Positions 6,393-15,337 of a stretch of 17,965 nucleotides of DNA are shown here, piece by piece; the stretch's first letter is position 1; every line of letters starts with the position of its first letter. The notes below the pieces were generated by a model. It was given only the letters and a program-made list of their open reading frames with translations. It ran no database searches and was not told the origin of the DNA. Position numbers and translations under genes: made by a program. Source of the DNA: an uncultured Rhodospirillaceae bacterium (GTDB lineage: Bacteria > Pseudomonadota > Alphaproteobacteria > UBA6615); NCBI GenBank assembly GCA_964530225.1, contig CAZHBA010000037.1, positions 1 through 17,965 on the forward strand. The letters run 5' to 3'.

Positions 6393-9300
6393 TCACTGCG
6401 CTACCGTCGTCGCTGGCTCGGCGGCCAGTTTGGCAAGCTGCATCATCAGCCGGTACACGCCACCCAGGCGCTGCTTATCGTTGACCCATTTGTGCTGATA
6501 GACCAGCTTGTGGTCAGGACGCAGTTTCACGGTGCCGACCTGGCTGGTGATGAACTCGATCAATGCCCCGGGATTTGCAAAAGAGTTGTCACGAAAACTG
6601 ATGACAGCGCCCTTGGGGCCAGCATCGAGTTTTTCGACACCGGCGTTGTGGCAGAGCTTTTTTAACGCCACCACCTGCAGCAGATTTTCCACTTCCGTCG
6701 GCAAAGGACCGAAGCGGTCAATAGCCTCGGCGGCGAAGCCATCGATTTCGGCTGGCTCGACCAATGCGGCGATACGTCGATAGAGGTTCAACCGCAAAGC
6801 CAGATCGGCGACGTAGGTTTCGGGAATGAGGATCGGCGTACCCAGCGCGATCACCGGTGTCCACTCTGCCACCACTGCGCCGCCACCGGAATCGCGCGCC
6901 GCCGCTACTGCCTCCTCCAGCATCTGCTGGTACAGCTCAACCCCAACTTCGCGGATATGACCCGATTGCTCCTCGCCTAAAAGATTACCGGCGCCACGGA
7001 TATCGAGATCATGGCTGGCAAGGCTAAAGCCGGCCCCCAGGGAGTCCAGGGTTTGCATGACATCTAGGCGTTTGCGCGCGGTGTCCGACAACTGACGGTC
7101 GACAGGCAATGTCAAATACGCATAGGCGCGCACCTTGGCGCGGCCAACCCGGCCGCGCAGCTGATAGAGCTGCGATAGGCCGAACATGTCGGCGCGGTGG
7201 ACGATAATCGTGTTGACCGACGGCAAATCGAGCCCGGACTCGATGATATTGGTGCACAGCAAAACCTCGTACTCGCCCCCGTAGAACGAAGCCATCACCC
7301 GCTCGAGCGCCCGCGCCGGCAACTGGCCATGGGCGACGGCGATTTTTACTTCCGGCACCAGGGTACACAGCCGCTCTTCAAGGTTTGCCATATCCTCGAT
7401 ACGTGGACAGACATAGAAGGTTTGGCCGCCGCGGAAATGCTCGCGCATGATCGCTTCGCGCACGGTCACTGGGTCGTAGGGCATCACAAAAGTACGCACC
7501 GCCAGCCGGTCGATCGGCGGCGTCGCGATCAGGCTCAGCTCGCGCACCCCGGTCAGGGCAAGTTGCAAGGTGCGTGGGATAGGCGTCGCCGTCAGCGTAA
7601 GAACATGTACATCGGAGCGTAATTTTTTCAGGCGCTCCTTTTGTGTGACGCCGAAATGCTGCTCTTCGTCGACGATGAGTAAGGCGAGATCGCGGAACTC
7701 GATGCTCTTGCTCAAAAGGGCGTGGGTACCAATGACAATATCGATGGTGCCATCAGCCATGCCGACGCGCACATCGTGGGCCTGCTGGCCGGTAACCAGG
7801 CGCGATAGCTGGCCGATATTCACGGGCAACCCAGCAAAACGCTCGCAGAAAGTCTGATAATGCTGGCGCGCCAACAGCGTGGTTGGTACCACGACGGCGA
7901 CTTGATAGCCGTTCAGCGCCGCCACGAAGGCCGCCCGCAAGGCAACCTCGGTCTTGCCGAACCCCACATCACCGCACACTAGCCGGTCCATGGGCCGACC
8001 GCTCGACAGCGCGGCAATCGTATCATCAATCGCACGCGTCTGATCGTCGGTCTCGTTGAACGGGAAGCGGGCGCAGAACTCTTCGTAGAGTCCCGACGGC
8101 AGCGGCAGCCTCTCTCCCTCGCGCAATTGCCGCTCGGCGGCAGTGCGCAACAGCTCGCCGGCAATCTCCTTTATTTGCCCCTTGACCTTGGCGCGGCGCG
8201 CCTGCCAACCGGCCCCACCCAAACGGTCGAGCTGCGCCGTCGCCTCTTCCGAACCGAAGCGCGACAGGAGTTCCAAATTCTCGACCGGCAGATACAGCTT
8301 GTCGTCGTTGGCATAGACTAGGCGCAAGCAATCGTGGGGGGCGCCGCCGATTTCTAACGTTTCCAAACCCTCAAATCGGCCAATGCCATGATCGACGTGA
8401 ACGACAAGATCGCTCTCCGATAGGCTGGCCACTTCGGCAATGAAATTTTCCGCCCGCCGGGTTCGCTGTGCGCGGCGAACCAGCCTGTCCCCCAATAGGT
8501 CCTGCTCGGTGTAGATAGTCAGCCCGGCGGAGGTAAAGCCAGTATCTAGACCAAGGACGAAGACCGGTAGTAGGTCGGCGACTGCTTTGCCAACGTCAGC
8601 CCATGTCTCCGCACTTTGCGCACCATCTATGCCGTGGTCGAACATCAATTGCACCATGCGATCGCGCGATCCGGCGGTGTAGGCCGCGATCGCCACACGC
8701 TGGCCGCTCGCCCTGTCATTAGCGATGCGTTGGCCGACGGCCTCGAACAAATCGACGTCGGGCCGGTTACGAGCATCGGCAAAATTATGCGCGCGGCGGC
8801 CCTCGATAGCGACCATATCGGGGGTGGTATCTGGCGCGTGGAACACGTTGAGACGTCCGATAACCCTATCGTCCAGACGAGCTTGCCACTCGTCTTCGGG
8901 CAGGTACAACGTTTCCGGCGGTAGCGGGTTGTAAACAACATTGTCATCCGACTGTTGTCCCTTCTTGACCGCCGCGGCAAAGTCTACCCGTGCGGTGTAA
9001 TAGTCGGTGATCAGCTCCTGGCGGGCGTTCAAGGCCTCGGCGCTTTGCAAGCCGATGAGGATAGGTCCGTCAACATAGTCGAACACCGTCGCCACGGAAT
9101 CGTAGAACAGCGGCAGCCAGTGCTCCATGCCGGGGTGGCGAACACCGGCGCTGACCGCCTCATAAAGAGCGTCCTTGCTGCGGACCGCGCCGAACATTTT
9201 CCGGTAACGGTTGCGGAATCTCTCGGCAGTGCCTGCGGCAAAAATAACTTCGCTGGCCGGCATCAGGTTCAGGCTGTCGCGCACCTCGATGGTCCGCTGG

Positions 9301-9917
9301 TTCAGAGCGTCGAAGCCACGGATGCCCTCCAACTCATCACCAAAGAGATCAAGGCGCAACGGGTCCTCGGTGCCGGGTGGAAATACATCAATAATGCCGC
9401 CGCGGACGGCAAATTCACCGGGTTCACGCACGGTATCGGTGCGCAGATAGCCGTTCTCCAATAAGAACGCGACGAGCCGAGCGGTATCAATAGTATCTCC
9501 AGGCTGGGCCGAGTAGTGACTGGCGGCAACGATTTCCGGGGTTGGTAGCCGCTGGAGTGCGGCGCTGGCCGTCGTAACAACCAGTGCCGGTGCACCTCCA
9601 TCGCCCCGGTTGGCCAAGGCGCTTAACGTCGCCAGGCGGGTCGCCATCACGTCATGACGCGGCGGCACCCGATCATAGGGCAGGCAGTCCCATGCTGGTA
9701 GCGTCAATATCCGGGCAGTAGCCGCGTAAAAACGTACCGCGTCGGCAGTACGCGCCATCGCCGCTTCGTCACTGGCGACGTGCAATATCGTTCGCACCTG
9801 CTCAGTGGACGCACTGTCTATAAGTTCGGCAAGTAACAATGCATCACACCCTTCGGGCACGCCGGTGAACGTTACGTCCTTACTGGTCGCGAAGGGATTA
9901 TCCTTGAAAAACAACAA
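6393..9917 (-). CDS. mfd: Transcription-repair coupling factor Mfd
   Basis: 1174 aa with UvrB-homology N-terminus, RNAP-interacting region, superfamily-2 helicase motifs (GDVGFGKTEVA, DEEQHFGV, TATPIPRT, QLRGRVGR) and C-terminal TRCF domain. Confidence 0.97.
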   Translation of the reverse strand: MLFFKDNPFATSKDVTFTGVPEGCDALLLAELIDSASTEQVRTILHVASDEAAMARTADAVRFYAATARILTLPAWDCLPYDRVPPRHDVMATRLATLSALANRGDGGAPALVVTTASAALQRLPTPEIVAASHYSAQPGDTIDTARLVAFLLENGYLRTDTVREPGEFAVRGGIIDVFPPGTEDPLRLDLFGDELEGIRGFDALNQRTIEVRDSLNLMPASEVIFAAGTAERFRNRYRKMFGAVRSKDALYEAVSAGVRHPGMEHWLPLFYDSVATVFDYVDGPILIGLQSAEALNARQELITDYYTARVDFAAAVKKGQQSDDNVVYNPLPPETLYLPEDEWQARLDDRVIGRLNVFHAPDTTPDMVAIEGRRAHNFADARNRPDVDLFEAVGQRIANDRASGQRVAIAAYTAGSRDRMVQLMFDHGIDGAQSAETWADVGKAVADLLPVFVLGLDTGFTSAGLTIYTEQDLLGDRLVRRAQRTRRAENFIAEVASLSESDLVVHVDHGIGRFEGLETLEIGGAPHDCLRLVYANDDKLYLPVENLELLSRFGSEEATAQLDRLGGAGWQARRAKVKGQIKEIAGELLRTAAERQLREGERLPLPSGLYEEFCARFPFNETDDQTRAIDDTIAALSSGRPMDRLVCGDVGFGKTEVALRAAFVAALNGYQVAVVVPTTLLARQHYQTFCERFAGLPVNIGQLSRLVTGQQAHDVRVGMADGTIDIVIGTHALLSKSIEFRDLALLIVDEEQHFGVTQKERLKKLRSDVHVLTLTATPIPRTLQLALTGVRELSLIATPPIDRLAVRTFVMPYDPVTVREAIMREHFRGGQTFYVCPRIEDMANLEERLCTLVPEVKIAVAHGQLPARALERVMASFYGGEYEVLLCTNIIESGLDLPSVNTIIVHRADMFGLSQLYQLRGRVGRAKVRAYAYLTLPVDRQLSDTARKRLDVMQTLDSLGAGFSLASHDLDIRGAGNLLGEEQSGHIREVGVELYQQMLEEAVAAARDSGGGAVVAEWTPVIALGTPILIPETYVADLALRLNLYRRIAALVEPAEIDGFAAEAIDRFGPLPTEVENLLQVVALKKLCHNAGVEKLDAGPKGAVISFRDNSFANPGALIEFITSQVGTVKLRPDHKLVYQHKWVNDKQRLGGVYRLMMQLAKLAAEPATTVAQ

Positions 9918-9918
9918 A

Positions 9919-10197
9919 TTACAGTCCGGTTCTAAATTTTCTCAGCAGCGCCATAATCTCCGTATCCCATTCCGGCGGAACCGGTTTGCGCCCGCTGATC
10001 CACATAAACAGGTCGGGATCGCTGTTCTCGATTAGCGCTTCATACTGGTCGAGCATGTCGGCAGACAACTCTGCCAGATGGCGTGCCGCGAACTGTCCCA
10101 GCAACACGTCAGTTTCCTTGGTGCCGGTGTAGCTGCTGCGGTAACGCAAACGCTTGATGCGAATGTCTTGAGGCTCCACGGCTCTAAGCTCCTCCAC
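9919..10197 (-). CDS. sdhE: Succinate dehydrogenase flavinylation/assembly factor SdhE (DUF339/Sdh5 family), operonic with mfd
   Basis: Core YRSSYTGTKETDVLLGQFA...LSADMLDQYEALIENSDPDLFMWISG matches SdhE (RGxxE-like motif and DPDL motif). Its stop is 1 nt from the mfd start. The track ORF extends to 10368 (149 aa). SdhE proteins are ~90 aa, so a GTG start at 10197 or 10179 (the latter with GGAGGA 10 nt upstream) is more plausible. Confidence 0.7.
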   Translation of the reverse strand: MEELRAVEPQDIRIKRLRYRSSYTGTKETDVLLGQFAARHLAELSADMLDQYEALIENSDPDLFMWISGRKPVPPEWDTEIMALLRKFRTGL

Positions 10198-10267
10198 AGC
10201 AAAACGCGCCGTCGGCGCTTTAGCGCGACGATTACTGGCCGACAGGGCGACACTGCCGTAGGATATA

Positions 10268-10295
10268 GCGGCTAGAGCAGTGTACAGATAGATGG
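10268..10295. repeat. Arm 1 of an imperfect inverted repeat in the sdhE-recG divergent intergenic region (25/28 matches with arm 2, 20-bp perfect core ATCTATCTGTACACTGCTCT)
   Basis: The reverse complement ccatctatctgtacactgctctagccgc aligns with 10511-10538 cgatctatctgtacactgctctcaccgc. Confidence 0.8.
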
Positions 10296-10510
10296 AATCA
10301 TTTCTATTGGCGGTCGGTGCGGAAGACGGCGCAGCCCAATGCGGCGTATTGGGTAAACCATCGGACAAAGCGGTTGCCCGCCGAACGCCAGCCCGGAGGG
10401 GGTGGGTGTCTATACGCCAAATCCTGCGAGCTTAGGCTCGACCATAGCTACGGCTATGCTCTTTACCGAAGCCCTTGGCCTTGACCTAAATCCGCTCCGT
10501 CAAAATGGTT

Positions 10511-10538
10511 CGATCTATCTGTACACTGCTCTCACCGC
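10511..10538. repeat. Arm 2 of the sdhE-recG intergenic inverted repeat
   Basis: See arm 1. The arms are ~243 bp apart and a 6-bp-stem hairpin CATAGCtacgGCTATG (10443-10458) lies between them. Confidence 0.8.
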
Positions 10539-10579
10539 ATGCTGTCAGCCATTGAAGCTAGTCATTCGGGTCTTATCCA

Positions 10580-12694
10580 TTGTCCGTCCACACGCGTCCC
10601 GAAATCCTGTTTCCCGTCTTCGCGCCCGTCACTTCGATTAAGGGCGTCGGACCGCGTATCGGCAGGTTGATCGAGCGCGTCGCCGGTCCGCACATCGCCG
10701 ACTTGTTATGGCACCTACCAACGGGCTTGCTTGACCGTCGCTACGCGCCATTGGTGCGCGATGCCGAACCCGGACGTATTGCCACCTTGACCATCCGTGT
10801 CGACGGCCACCGTCTGCCGCCAGTCGCTAACCGACGCATCCCATATAAGATCCATTGCTCTGACGAGACCGGCGACATTGATCTAGTGTTTTTCCACGCC
10901 CGTGCCGACTATCTAAAAAAGACCCTGCCACCGGGCGAGCAGCGGGTAATAAGCGGTACGGTAGAGCTTTTCGACGGCGTCTTGCAAATGACCCACCCCG
11001 ATATCGTCACGCCAGTGTCCGAACGTGATGCGGTGATGCAGGTGCATCCCATCTACCCGCTGACCGAAGGGCTAAGCCAAAACGTCTTGCGCCGCACGAT
11101 CGTTGAGGCCGTTGGTCGGACGCCTGAGCTATCCGATTGGCTCGATCCGGCTTTCGCGGCACAACGGGATTGGCCAGGCTGGCACGAGGCTATCGTCAGT
11201 GTACACGAACCGTCTGACCTCGCTGATTTGGACCCCAACCAATTGGCGCACCAGCGGTTGGCCTATGACGAGTTGTTGGCCAGCCAATTGGCTATTGGGC
11301 TGGTGCGCGCGAGGACCCGCAAGAGGCCGGGTCTACCGACCATCGGCGATGGCTCTCTGCGCGCAAAAGCCGTTGACGCCCTGCCCTTCGAAATGACCGT
11401 GAGTCAACACCAGGCCATCGACGACATCATCTCCGACATGGCGTCGGACACGCGCATGCTGCGCCTGCTGCAGGGTGATGTCGGTAGTGGCAAAACCGTG
11501 GTAGCGCTGATGGCGATGCTGAACGCAATCGAAGAAGGCCGACAAGCGGCCTTGATGGCACCAACAGAAATCCTCGCACGACAGCATTTTGCCACTATCG
11601 CGCCCCTCGCCAAGGCGATTGGTGTGTCTGCCGTATTACTGACCGGACGTGATAAGGGCAAAGCGCGGCAGGAAATCCTCGGCCGCTTTGCCTCCGGCAG
11701 AACGTCCATCGTCGTCGGCACCCACGCGCTGTTCCAACAGGATATCGCTTTCAACGATCTGGCGCTTGCCGTGGTCGATGAGCAGCACCGGTTCGGCGTC
11801 CACCAACGCTTGCTGTTAGCCGAAAAAGGCGCTGCGGTCGATGTGTTGCTAATGACGGCAACACCGATCCCGCGCACGCTGATGCTGGCTTTCTACGGCG
11901 ATCTCGATGAATCGCGGTTGACCGAAAAGCCGGCCGGACGCCTGCCCATCGATACCCGCACTATCCCCTTGTCGCGCCTCAACGAGGTGGTCGCCGCCGT
12001 TGGCCGTAAACTCGCTGAAGGCGCAAAGGTTTATTGGGTCTGCCCACTAGTTGAGGAATCGGAGAGTATAGATCTTGCCGCCACCACGGCGCGCCATACC
12101 GCACTGGCAGAGATTTTTGGCGAGCGGGTCGGTCTGATACACGGACAGTTGGGATCACGCGAAAAGGACGCCGCGATGAGCCGCTTCACCGGAGCCGCCA
12201 AAGGGACCCCGCCGATTGATTTGCTGGTAGCGACCACCGTCATCGAAGTTGGGGTTGACGTGCCCGATGCTACGGTCATGGTGATCGAACATGCCGAGCG
12301 TTTTGGTCTGGCCCAGCTCCACCAACTGCGCGGGCGGATCGGCCGCAGCGACAAACCCTCAACCTGTCTGTTGGTCTACGCCAACGAGTCCAGCAAAACT
12401 GCTCGTGCACGCCTGGCCATTCTGCGCGAGACCGACGACGGATTTCGCATTGCCGAGGAAGATTTGCGCCTGCGTGGCGCCGGCGACCTGCTTGGCACGC
12501 GCCAGTCTGGCCTGCCGGATTTCCGCTTGGCCGATCTGGAAGCCCATGGCGAGCTATTGGTCATGGCACGCAACGATGCGAAATTGATCATCGAGCGCGA
12601 CCCAGCCCTGGAGACGGAGCGCGGCGAAGCGCTGAGAGTTTTGTTGTACTTGTTCGAGCGCGACGCCGCGGTGCGATTGGCCCGAGCCGGCTAA
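10580..12694 (+). CDS. recG: ATP-dependent DNA helicase RecG
   Basis: 704 aa with N-terminal wedge domain and helicase motifs (GDVGSGKTVVA, DEQHRFGV, TATPIPRT, QLRGRIGR). TTG start at 10580; the N-terminus RPEILFPVFAPVTSIKGVGP resembles RecG N-termini. Confidence 0.96.
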   Translation: MSVHTRPEILFPVFAPVTSIKGVGPRIGRLIERVAGPHIADLLWHLPTGLLDRRYAPLVRDAEPGRIATLTIRVDGHRLPPVANRRIPYKIHCSDETGDIDLVFFHARADYLKKTLPPGEQRVISGTVELFDGVLQMTHPDIVTPVSERDAVMQVHPIYPLTEGLSQNVLRRTIVEAVGRTPELSDWLDPAFAAQRDWPGWHEAIVSVHEPSDLADLDPNQLAHQRLAYDELLASQLAIGLVRARTRKRPGLPTIGDGSLRAKAVDALPFEMTVSQHQAIDDIISDMASDTRMLRLLQGDVGSGKTVVALMAMLNAIEEGRQAALMAPTEILARQHFATIAPLAKAIGVSAVLLTGRDKGKARQEILGRFASGRTSIVVGTHALFQQDIAFNDLALAVVDEQHRFGVHQRLLLAEKGAAVDVLLMTATPIPRTLMLAFYGDLDESRLTEKPAGRLPIDTRTIPLSRLNEVVAAVGRKLAEGAKVYWVCPLVEESESIDLAATTARHTALAEIFGERVGLIHGQLGSREKDAAMSRFTGAAKGTPPIDLLVATTVIEVGVDVPDATVMVIEHAERFGLAQLHQLRGRIGRSDKPSTCLLVYANESSKTARARLAILRETDDGFRIAEEDLRLRGAGDLLGTRQSGLPDFRLADLEAHGELLVMARNDAKLIIERDPALETERGEALRVLLYLFERDAAVRLARAG

Positions 12695-12697
12695 AAC

Positions 12698-12722
12698 CCG
12701 ATTAGCCGACCCCATTAATCGG
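12698..12722. terminator. Hairpin CCGATTA-gccgaccccat-TAATCGG between convergent recG and the DUF502 gene; possible bidirectional terminator
   Basis: 7-bp perfect stem with an 11-nt loop in the 20-bp gap between the convergent stops. No U-tract, so weak. Confidence 0.2.
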
Positions 12723-13482
12723 CGGTAACCGGTTCCTTATTGGCTTTGCTGGGCGCGAGTTCGTCGTCGCCGATCGTCGGCTTATCGCTGTCGGCGCGAC
12801 CCACCCGCTTGATTTTTTGCTGCTCAACCGGACGTATGTCGGGCGGGGTTACTATGCCGCCTGAAATAATCATTTTAATGGCGTCCTCGACGCTCATAGA
12901 AAGATCTACCAACTCGCGGCGCGGCAAGAATAATAGGTAGCCGGACGTCGGGTTGGGTGTGGTCGGCAAGAATACATTGACCACTTCGTCCTCGGTCACG
13001 TTTTGAACCTCGCCGATGGTCTTACCGGTGACGAAGCCGATGGCCCAGCTGCCGCGCCTCGGATACTCGAATAACACCGCCTGGCGGAACGCGTCGGACT
13101 GGTGCGCCAGCACCGTTTCGACGATTTGCTTGGTGGCGCTATAGATACTGCGCACCACCGGCATGCGGCTGAGCAAATGTTCGCCACCGTGCACGATCCA
13201 ACGTCCCAGGAGAAGCCGGGTCAGGACACCGATAAAGGTAATGAATACAAATAGGACAATGACCCCAAGACCGGGAATACCGAACGGCACGTAGGTGTTA
13301 GGGTTGTAGGCCGTGGGGATTAACGGCGTGATACGGTCATCGATGAAGTTCAGCACCAGCCAGCTCAGCCAGAAAGTAATACCCACCGGCGCCACCACCA
13401 ACAGGCCGGCAAGAAAATAGCCACGCGTGCGCGCCCATATACCAGTCCGGTGCTTTCTTTCTCTATGGGGCATTCCACCCAA
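12715..13482 (-). CDS. DUF502 (COG2928) family membrane protein
   Basis: Two N-terminal TM helices, then the conserved core RMPVVRSIYSATKQIVETVL...AVLFEYPRRGSWAIGFVTG typical of DUF502 proteins. Confidence 0.8.
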   Translation of the reverse strand: MGGMPHRERKHRTGIWARTRGYFLAGLLVVAPVGITFWLSWLVLNFIDDRITPLIPTAYNPNTYVPFGIPGLGVIVLFVFITFIGVLTRLLLGRWIVHGGEHLLSRMPVVRSIYSATKQIVETVLAHQSDAFRQAVLFEYPRRGSWAIGFVTGKTIGEVQNVTEDEVVNVFLPTTPNPTSGYLLFLPRRELVDLSMSVEDAIKMIISGGIVTPPDIRPVEQQKIKRVGRADSDKPTIGDDELAPSKANKEPVTAD

Positions 13483-13639
13483 TCCGTTAAGCGGCGCAGT
13501 TTCGCCGAGCCGCCTATCATATAGGGACTAAACTACCGTCCGCCATGGCCTATTGTGCTAATTTTAGGATTATGAAACGCGCCCATCTATTTGACAAACA
13601 AAGATATTTCGGCGGAAATGTTAGAGAAAATCAAAAAGA

Positions 13640-13726
13640 TGGTGCGGCTGAGAGGACTCGAACCTCCACGGGCATGCGCCCACTAGCACCTGAAGCTAGC
13701 GCGTCTACCAATTTCGCCACAGCCGC
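13640..13726 (-). tRNA. tRNA-Leu (anticodon CAG), class II with long variable arm, CCA encoded
   Basis: Reverse complement GCGGCTGTGGCGAAATTGGTAGACGCGCTAGCTTCAGGTGCTAGTGGGCGCATGCCCGTGGAGGTTCGAGTCCTCTCAGCCGCACCA. Anticodon stem CTAGC/GCTAG with loop TTCAGGT gives CAG. T-arm GGTTCGAGTCC. Confidence 0.88.
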
Positions 13727-13830
13727 ACGGCTCACGGAAGGTCCGCCTGATACGCCACCCGAGGCCACCGATCAAGGGTGGTCCGCGAATGCCAAACTTT
13801 ACCTGTGCCCAATCCGCTGCAAATTCCCGA

Positions 13831-13917
13831 TGGTGCGGCAGAGAGGACTTGAACCTCCACGGGGTTTCCCCCACAACGCCCTCAACGTTGCGCGTCTACC
13901 AATTCCGCCACTGCCGC
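13831..13917 (-). tRNA. tRNA-Leu (anticodon GAG), class II with long variable arm, CCA encoded
   Basis: Reverse complement GCGGCAGTGGCGGAATTGGTAGACGCGCAACGTTGAGGGCGTTGTGGGGGAAACCCCGTGGAGGTTCAAGTCCTCTCTGCCGCACCA. Anticodon stem CAACG/CGTTG with loop TTGAGGG gives GAG. Confidence 0.88.
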
Positions 13918-14050
13918 GCCTTATGGGAACGGCGGTTATGTACCCGAAGGCCGTCAGCGAGGCAACTGCCGCTACGACCACGCTATAAGGCGTTGTCCCC
14001 TTGCTCTACGGGGCGACCTGGGGACATTATAGAAACCGAACGAACCAGGG

Positions 14051-14932
14051 ATGGGCAGATCGCAAATGGGATACAAATCAATACTCGTGCCGCTGGAGGA
14101 GAGCGATGTGTTGCCGTCGGTGCTGGCGACCACATTGGTTGTGGCACGTCAGTTTGATAGCTACATTGAGGGGCTATGTATTCGACCCTCATTGGCAGGC
14201 GCCATAGCGGTTGGATTCGAGGGTGGCGTCGCCGCGCTGGCCGGCACCGAAGAGCAGTTCGAGCAGGAACAGGAAAGCCGAACCCGCCGTCTGCAAGAGC
14301 AGTTCGAAGGGTTCGTACGCGATAACGGCCTGGCCGTCGCAGCGAGCGCCAGCGCCGAAGGACTAAGCGCACGCTGGTCTGAGGACGAAGCGTCGGGCAT
14401 CGGTGTGTTCGGCCAGCGGGGCCGGGTTTTTGATTTGATCGTTGTCGGCAGACCAACCCCAGGCGTGTTGACCCCGGCGATGAACACGTTGGAGACCGTA
14501 CTGTTCGAATCCGGCCGGCCAGTTTTGATTGCACCGCCAACACCGCCGCAATCCGTGGCCCACCATGTGGTAATCGCCTGGAACGGCAGCACAGAAACGG
14601 CTCGGGCCGTGGCCTTCGCGAGGCCGTTCCTACAGGGCGCCGAGCGTGTCACTGTACTCTCCGTCGAAGGCGCGTTAGTTCCGGGTCCCAGCGGCGATGA
14701 GGTTGCCGGTGGCCTGCGCCGCCTCGGCGTCAACGCGGAGGTGTCCAATTCAGTGGGCAAGCGTTCGCCCGCCACCGCCGGCGCCGTGATGCTCCAGGAA
14801 GCGGAAAAGCTGAACGCCGATCTGCTGGTTAAAGGCGGCTACACGCAAAGCCGATTCCGGCAAATGATTTTCGGCGGCGCCACTAACCATATACTTAATG
14901 AAGCGCAAATTCCGGTATTGATGGCGCACTAA
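14051..14932 (+). CDS. Universal stress protein family protein with two tandem USP (UspA) domains
   Basis: N-terminus YKSILVPLEESD and C-terminal motifs ADLLVKGGYTQSRFRQMIFGGATNHILNEAQIPVLMAH match the Usp signature (G-x2-G-x9-GS-like ATP-binding region). 293 aa fits a tandem USP. An alternative ATG at 14066 is possible. Confidence 0.85.
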   Translation: MGRSQMGYKSILVPLEESDVLPSVLATTLVVARQFDSYIEGLCIRPSLAGAIAVGFEGGVAALAGTEEQFEQEQESRTRRLQEQFEGFVRDNGLAVAASASAEGLSARWSEDEASGIGVFGQRGRVFDLIVVGRPTPGVLTPAMNTLETVLFESGRPVLIAPPTPPQSVAHHVVIAWNGSTETARAVAFARPFLQGAERVTVLSVEGALVPGPSGDEVAGGLRRLGVNAEVSNSVGKRSPATAGAVMLQEAEKLNADLLVKGGYTQSRFRQMIFGGATNHILNEAQIPVLMAH

Positions 14933-14935
14933 TCG

Positions 14936-14945
14936 CCGGCGCCGG
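14936..14945. terminator. 10-bp palindrome CCGGCGCCGG in the 24-bp gap between convergent usp and the coiled-coil ORF; possible short bidirectional terminator stem
   Basis: Self-complementary, with no flanking U-run. Confidence 0.15.
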
Positions 14946-14956
14946 TCGCTCGCTTA

Positions 14957-15283
14957 TTAGGCGGACGCAGTCTGACGCTCGATCGCGGCAACCAACAGCC
15001 CTACCGCCGATTGCAGAGCGGTGAACTTGCCTTCCGCGCGATTAACCCGTTCGACCAAGTGTTCGTGCTGAGCCTCGCCCTGAATGGGCGGCGATAACGT
15101 GCGTTGCCCGGCCAGCTTATTCAGGGCCGCCTGCATTTGTTGGCGCAAGACCTGCTCGCGCTCGTGCAGCTGCAACAGTTGGTCGACGTACTCGTTCAAG
15201 CGTTGCTGCTCGCGCAGCAGCCGACTGAGTTCGGTGCGTTGCATTTCGATGACCACCAACTGGCTATCCGCTGACAGGACCAA
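14957..15283 (-). CDS. Hypothetical coiled-coil protein (108 aa from TTG; 95 aa from ATG at 15243), Gln/Leu/Arg-rich heptad-like sequence
   Basis: It sits 55 bp downstream of, and on the same strand as, the hydrolase gene. It has no TM and a strongly helical composition (ELSRLLREQQRLNEYVDQLLQLHEREQVLRQQMQAAL). No family recognised. An antisense ORF (15084..15401) of similar length makes coding status uncertain. Confidence 0.4.
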   Translation of the reverse strand: MVLSADSQLVVIEMQRTELSRLLREQQRLNEYVDQLLQLHEREQVLRQQMQAALNKLAGQRTLSPPIQGEAQHEHLVERVNRAEGKFTALQSAVGLLVAAIERQTASA

Positions 15284-15337
15284 TTCTTCTTCCTCAGCCA
15301 GTTGTTCCGTATTTGCCGCCTGCTTGGCGCACTTCGC

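Noticed and set aside
6508-9601. Numerous 60-170-aa ORFs on both strands inside mfd, and similarly inside recG (11053..12591)
   Set aside because: Embedded in, or antisense to, long well-supported helicase genes. They are GC-rich frame artefacts.
10505-10525. Possible alphaproteobacterial LexA box (GTTC-N7-GTTC) at GTTCgatctatCTGTAC upstream of recG
   Set aside because: The second half-site is CTGT/GTAC rather than GTTC, so it does not match.
10402-10641. 79-aa plus-strand ORF in the sdhE-recG intergenic region
   Set aside because: It is generated by the inverted-repeat arm (it shares the SIYLYTAL motif with the over-extended sdhE N-terminus) and runs into the recG start. It is not a gene.
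13545-14543. ORFs 13545..13988 (+), 13683..13874 (-), 13789..14157 (+), 13799..13981 (-), 13983..14543 (-)
   Set aside because: They overlap the two tRNA-Leu genes and/or run antisense to the USP gene. They are spurious.
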